A program made the position numbers and the translations under genes. This document shows, in pieces, positions 59,982 to 64,000 of a DNA stretch of 64,000 nt. Location: contig CAXXXF010000014.1 in the NCBI GenBank assembly GCA_963667175.2, positions 96,001-160,000 of the forward strand, read 5' to 3'. Below the pieces are notes generated by a model, which saw only the letters and a list, made by a program, of their open reading frames with translations, was not told the DNA's origin and made no database searches. This DNA is from Candidatus Latescibacterota bacterium (GTDB lineage: Bacteria > Latescibacterota > UBA2968 > GCA-2709665). Numbering within the stretch: position 1 is the first letter of the stretch; each line of letters begins with the position of its first letter.

Positions 59982-60986
59982 GTGAACATCACCGAAGTCG
60001 ACCTCTTCGAAGTGGAAGTCCCGCCCATACCGCCCATTGCCAGATACCATCCCAAAATCTACTCCATCACGTTGTGTCGCATCCACACCGACGGCGGCAT
60101 CGAGGGCATCGGCGAATGCCAGGGCGAACCCGCCCAATTCGCCGAAACAGCCTCCGCGCTCACCGGGCAGGATGCCCTTTCCCTGGATCCGTTCGCGCAT
60201 CCCGATCCCTTCACGTGCGCGCTCCTGGACGTCGCCGGACAGGCCTGCGGCATCCCGCTCTGGCGATTCTTTGGGGAAAAGGTCCGCGACCGAATCCCCG
60301 TTTCCTACTGGTCCTGCGCCATGCAGCCCGATGAGACCGCGGCCGAAGCCGGGATCGGCGCCGGTCTGGGCTTCACCAACCACAAGCTCAAGGCGCGCCC
60401 GTGGAACATCGTGGAAACGGTCCGGCTCATGAAAGAGGCCGCCGGACCCGAATACACCGTCGGCGTCGATCCCAATACCGCATTTCAACGACCCAGCGTC
60501 GCCGCGCGCCTGGCCGGAGAACTGGAACCCTTCGGGACGGTCGCCAACTTCGAAGATCCCGTGCGAAAGAACAACCTGGACTGGTACCGACTCCTGCGTG
60601 AAAAGACCCATATCCCCATCGCGCTGCACCTGGGGCCACCTGGAGGGGTATTGAACGCGCTGAAGGCCGAATGCATCGACTACGTCAACCTGGGGGGGCC
60701 GGCGCAGCAGGTGAAGAAGGCCGCCGCCCTCGCGGAGGCCGACGACGTGCCCTGCTGGGTGCAGATGGGAGGGTTGTGCCTGGGCGTCCTCGCGGCCTAT
60801 TCCGTGCACGTACAGGCCACCATACCCAACGCGACCCTGCCATGCGACGAACTGCCGTTCACCCGCGTGGCCGACGTCGTGGACGGCGCCCTGGTCGTAG
60901 AGGACGGACACTTCATCCTGCCCGAAGGACCGGGCCTCGGCGTGAAGCTGGATATGGCGACGGTGGAAAAATACCGCACGGGCTGA
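59982..60986 (+). CDS. Mandelate racemase/muconate lactonizing enzyme-family protein
   Basis: GTG with AAAGGAGG; GIGE, KLK, VDPN, FEDP, PEGPGLG. Confidence 0.85.
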   Translation: MNITEVDLFEVEVPPIPPIARYHPKIYSITLCRIHTDGGIEGIGECQGEPAQFAETASALTGQDALSLDPFAHPDPFTCALLDVAGQACGIPLWRFFGEKVRDRIPVSYWSCAMQPDETAAEAGIGAGLGFTNHKLKARPWNIVETVRLMKEAAGPEYTVGVDPNTAFQRPSVAARLAGELEPFGTVANFEDPVRKNNLDWYRLLREKTHIPIALHLGPPGGVLNALKAECIDYVNLGGPAQQVKKAAALAEADDVPCWVQMGGLCLGVLAAYSVHVQATIPNATLPCDELPFTRVADVVDGALVVEDGHFILPEGPGLGVKLDMATVEKYRTG

Positions 60987-61011
60987 ATCTCAACCATCAC
61001 CGGAGGTAACC

Positions 61012-61350
61012 ATGCTTCAACTCACGCAAACCGTCCTGGCGTTATACGGCGTCCTGCTGATCGCGGGCGGCGTGATGGGCAAGCTCAAGTCGGACAGTTC
61101 GGTCTCGCTCGCCGCGGGCGGCATCAGCGGTCTGGTTGCGCTCTACGCCTATTGGACCGGGCTGACCGATCCGGCAACGGGTTTACTCATCGGACTGATG
61201 CTTTCCCTGCTGCTTACCGGGATTTCGCTGAGCCGGTTCATCAGGACCCGAAAGCTGATGCCCGCGGGCGTTTTGCTCATTGCCAGCATCCTCACGGCCG
61301 CCCTCCTGTCGTATTCGCGAAATCAGCTCGGCGTGACCGGCCCCGTATGA
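61012..61350 (+). CDS. TMEM14-family membrane protein
   Basis: YGVLLIAGGVMG...SLAAG...RFIRTRKLMPAG. Confidence 0.85.
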   Translation: MLQLTQTVLALYGVLLIAGGVMGKLKSDSSVSLAAGGISGLVALYAYWTGLTDPATGLLIGLMLSLLLTGISLSRFIRTRKLMPAGVLLIASILTAALLSYSRNQLGVTGPV

Positions 61351-61368
61351 ACCGGGAGGTACGCATCC

Positions 61369-62571
61369 ATGAAGATCGTCGACGTCCACGTGCGGGAAGT
61401 CTCGGTTCCGCGCATCTACACCACCTATGCCGCAGACCCGCAGGGCCTTCAACCCGACGAGGACCTGAGTCGATCCAGATACCAGATTCTGGAGTTCTTC
61501 ACGGATACGGCGCACGTCGGGCTGGGCGAAGTCCCGGACATTGCGGACCGCATGAACCCTCTCGCGGGCGCCGATCTGCGCGATTTCCTCTTGCGGGAGT
61601 TGAAGGACGGAGACGTCGCCGATCGCCACGCGCTGCACACACGCGTCGCCGCGGAACTGCCGGCCGGCATTCACCCGGAGCTCCGGGGTCTCATCCTGTT
61701 CGGCGTGGAGATCGCGTTGCTCGACCTGGCCGGGAAACATTACGGCGCACCCCTGTACGAACTCCTTGGAGGACGCCGTCACGAACGCGTGCACGTCTGC
61801 TGGGTCGCCTATATGCGGCGGGGCCTTTCGCTACGCGAAGAGCTCGACGCGCTTGAAGAGGAAATCCGGACCATGGTCTCCCGGGGACTACGCGCATTCA
61901 AGCTGAAGGTCGGCGAGGATCATTCACGCGACCTGGACCGTATCGCGCGCTTCCGCGAGGTTGCGGGCCCCGACGTCTATCTGAAGGCCGACGCCAGCGG
62001 CGCGTGGGAAGAGGACGAGGCCATTGCAAAGATCCGGGATATGGCCGCGGCCGGCATCGACGCATGCGAAACCCCTGTGGTCGCGGTGAATCGCGCCGTG
62101 GCCAACGACGATCCTGAGCGGATCAACAGGAACGCCGATGCAGCGGCCTGTTCGCTGGCCCGCGTCAGGAAACAGACCCCCGTCCGGATTATCGAACACG
62201 TGGCGGATCTCGACGATGGCTTCTCCACGGCGCTCGTACGCCGCCGGGCAGTGGACGTCTTCAACCTGATCCCTTCCCAGGCCGGCGGCATCCTGCGCAG
62301 CCAGCGCCTGATCCACGTCGCGCAGGCCGCCGGAATCCCCGTGCTGCTGGGCAGCACCGTGGAGATGGGACCCGGCACCGCCGCATTCGTGCACCTCGCC
62401 GTGGCTTCCGAAAACGTTACCGTTCCCTCGGACCTCGTCGGGCCCGCCCTCCTGGTGGACGACGTCTGCAAGACGCCGTTCAGGTACCGGGACGGTACGC
62501 TGGAACCCTTCGAAATGCCCGGGCTGGGCGTTGAACTCGACGAAGAAAAAATGAAAAAATGGGCGGCCTGA
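61369..62571 (+). CDS. Mandelate racemase/muconate lactonizing enzyme-family protein
   Basis: GLGE, DLAGK...PLYELLGG, FKLKVG, PGLGVELD. Confidence 0.87.
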   Translation: MKIVDVHVREVSVPRIYTTYAADPQGLQPDEDLSRSRYQILEFFTDTAHVGLGEVPDIADRMNPLAGADLRDFLLRELKDGDVADRHALHTRVAAELPAGIHPELRGLILFGVEIALLDLAGKHYGAPLYELLGGRRHERVHVCWVAYMRRGLSLREELDALEEEIRTMVSRGLRAFKLKVGEDHSRDLDRIARFREVAGPDVYLKADASGAWEEDEAIAKIRDMAAAGIDACETPVVAVNRAVANDDPERINRNADAAACSLARVRKQTPVRIIEHVADLDDGFSTALVRRRAVDVFNLIPSQAGGILRSQRLIHVAQAAGIPVLLGSTVEMGPGTAAFVHLAVASENVTVPSDLVGPALLVDDVCKTPFRYRDGTLEPFEMPGLGVELDEEKMKKWAA

Positions 62572-62586
62572 CAATGGGGGCGACGT

Positions 62587-63000
62587 TCATGACGATGCGG
62601 ATTTGCGGACGCCGAATCCCAACCCTTCATCCTCACAGAATTTCCGCAGTTTGCGTACCGCGCCACCGACCTTCCGCCCGCCGCGGGTAATGCCGAACAG
62701 GTGCTGGCTGACCACGCGCCTGGATATTCCCATAATCTCGGCGATTTCGCGCTGGGTCTTCCCGTGGCAGAAATACAGCAGCGTCGCCTCTCTCTGTTTC
62801 TCCGTCAGACAACCCGGCGCCGCAGCGAGAATCCGCAGCGCCGCTGCCGCGACCCGGTCCTCCCACGTGTATCGCAGCCGCCTGTCTTCCAGCGACTCGA
62901 ACCAGAGGCCGTCCTCGTTGGGAACCTTTTCCAGTTCGCGCTGTTCCAGCCGTACTTCCCAGAAATCCGGATGATACATAAGCTCGATCATCTCCTCCAT
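62587..63000 (-). CDS. Sigma70 region 4-like HTH protein
   Basis: LTEKQRE...GKTQREIAEIMGISRRVVSQHL. Confidence 0.72.
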   Translation of the reverse strand: MEEMIELMYHPDFWEVRLEQRELEKVPNEDGLWFESLEDRRLRYTWEDRVAAAALRILAAAPGCLTEKQREATLLYFCHGKTQREIAEIMGISRRVVSQHLFGITRGGRKVGGAVRKLRKFCEDEGLGFGVRKSASS

Positions 63001-63287
63001 GTTACGTACAGACCGCACGTACGGGCACAAAAAAACCACGGGACAAAACCCTACCCGCGGCTCCGGAGAGGCAATCGAGTTGCGAAATAACCGGCTGTGA
63101 ATCCCTTAGAAACCCTCACGAGGCGGATAGGTCGGGTGAAACGTCGCGGTCAGCCTCATATCTCGCCTCCCTTCTCGTCGTTTTCAGATGAATCGCGGGA
63201 ACGTGAAAAACCCAAGCACCCTCGGGCGCTCATGTTGCGTGAGACAGCCTCCAACCTATACACAATCCCGGATGCACTTCCGGAACG

Positions 63288-64000
63288 TCAACCGTCGTTC
63301 CGGTTGCTCTCCACCTGCGACTTCCGCGCTCTCAATGCGTCCCACCAGTCCATCAATTCCCTGATGCGCTGCTCGTATCCCCGATCGGTGGGCCGGTAAT
63401 ATTCCCGTCCCTCCAGATTCTCCGGAAGATGGCTCTGCGCCACGAATCCCTCCGGATCATCATGCGCGTACCGGTAGCCCCGTCCGTATCCCAATTCCTG
63501 CATCAGACCCGTCGGCGCGTTTCTGAGGTGCATCGGCACGGGCAGATTCGGCTGTTCCACAACGTCCTTCCGTGCTTTGCCGTAGGCCGCGTAGACCGAA
63601 TTGCTCTTGTCCGCGGTGGCCAGATAGACGGCTGCGTGCGCGACGGCCAGATCGCCTTCCGGGCTTCCCAGAAAATCGTACGCGTCCTTTGCGGCCAGTG
63701 CAATGGAAAGCGCCCGGGGGTCCGCGTTGCCGACGTCTTCCGACGCGAACCGGACCATGCGGCGGAGGATATAGTGCGGGTGTTCGCCCGCTTCCATCAT
63801 GCGCGCCAGCCAATATAGCGACGCGTGCGGATCGCTGTCTCTCAGGCTCTTGTGAAGCGCCGAAATCAGATTGAAGTGTTCCTCGCCGCTCTTGTCGTAC
63901 AGAAACGCCTTGCCGCCCATCGCCGCCCGGACAGACTCCGCGGTTAACCGTTCGCCCGGGCCCAGGGACGCCGAAGCCATTTCGAGTACATTCAGCGCGC
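63288..64000 (-). CDS. rarA: Replication-associated recombination protein A (5' end outside the window)
   Basis: YDKSGEEHFNLISALHKSLR, ASEDVGNADP, KSNSVY, HLRNAPT. Confidence 0.93.
   Translation of the reverse strand, partial: ALNVLEMASASLGPGERLTAESVRAAMGGKAFLYDKSGEEHFNLISALHKSLRDSDPHASLYWLARMMEAGEHPHYILRRMVRFASEDVGNADPRALSIALAAKDAYDFLGSPEGDLAVAHAAVYLATADKSNSVYAAYGKARKDVVEQPNLPVPMHLRNAPTGLMQELGYGRGYRYAHDDPEGFVAQSHLPENLEGREYYRPTDRGYEQRIRELMDWWDALRARKSQVESNRNDG

Noticed and set aside
54092-60986. Apparent gene fusions (M42-epimerase, oxidoreductase-dehydrogenase, 501-aa enolase ORF)
   Set aside because: They are explained by single-base frameshifts. The downstream genes have their own starts.

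Overview
GC-rich bacterial chromosomal window. Core blocks lie at about 1-4 kb (dusB, TIM-barrel epimerase, HhH-GPD glycosylase, aldolase), 26-28 kb (dksA, nth, SDR) and 49.4-64 kb (polX, oxidoreductases, peptidases, enolase-family enzymes, rarA). An alpha-2-macroglobulin/pbpC cassette (4.1-11.9 kb) is bracketed by a 159-bp duplication of the aldolase 3' end. Two accessory, defence-like islands (about 12.1-25.8 kb and 28.2-49.3 kb) carry IS1182/IS5-like and IS256 elements, IS remnants and toxin-antitoxin modules. They also encode UDG-like, T5orf172, PD-(D/E)XK and HEPN-like proteins, a type IIG-like R-M protein apparently lacking its SAM motif, and several families of palindromic intergenic repeats. 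The best candidate new systems are (i) a WYL regulator followed by a DriD-type box driving an ATPase with three AAA+ modules, and (ii) a translationally coupled pair of an HTH/PLD-like nuclease and a 713-aa orphan behind a palindrome-covered promoter. About ten +1 frameshifts at 44-60 kb, mostly in G/C runs, look like assembly errors. No rRNA, tRNA or CRISPR array was seen. All family calls come from motif recognition by eye, not database searches.
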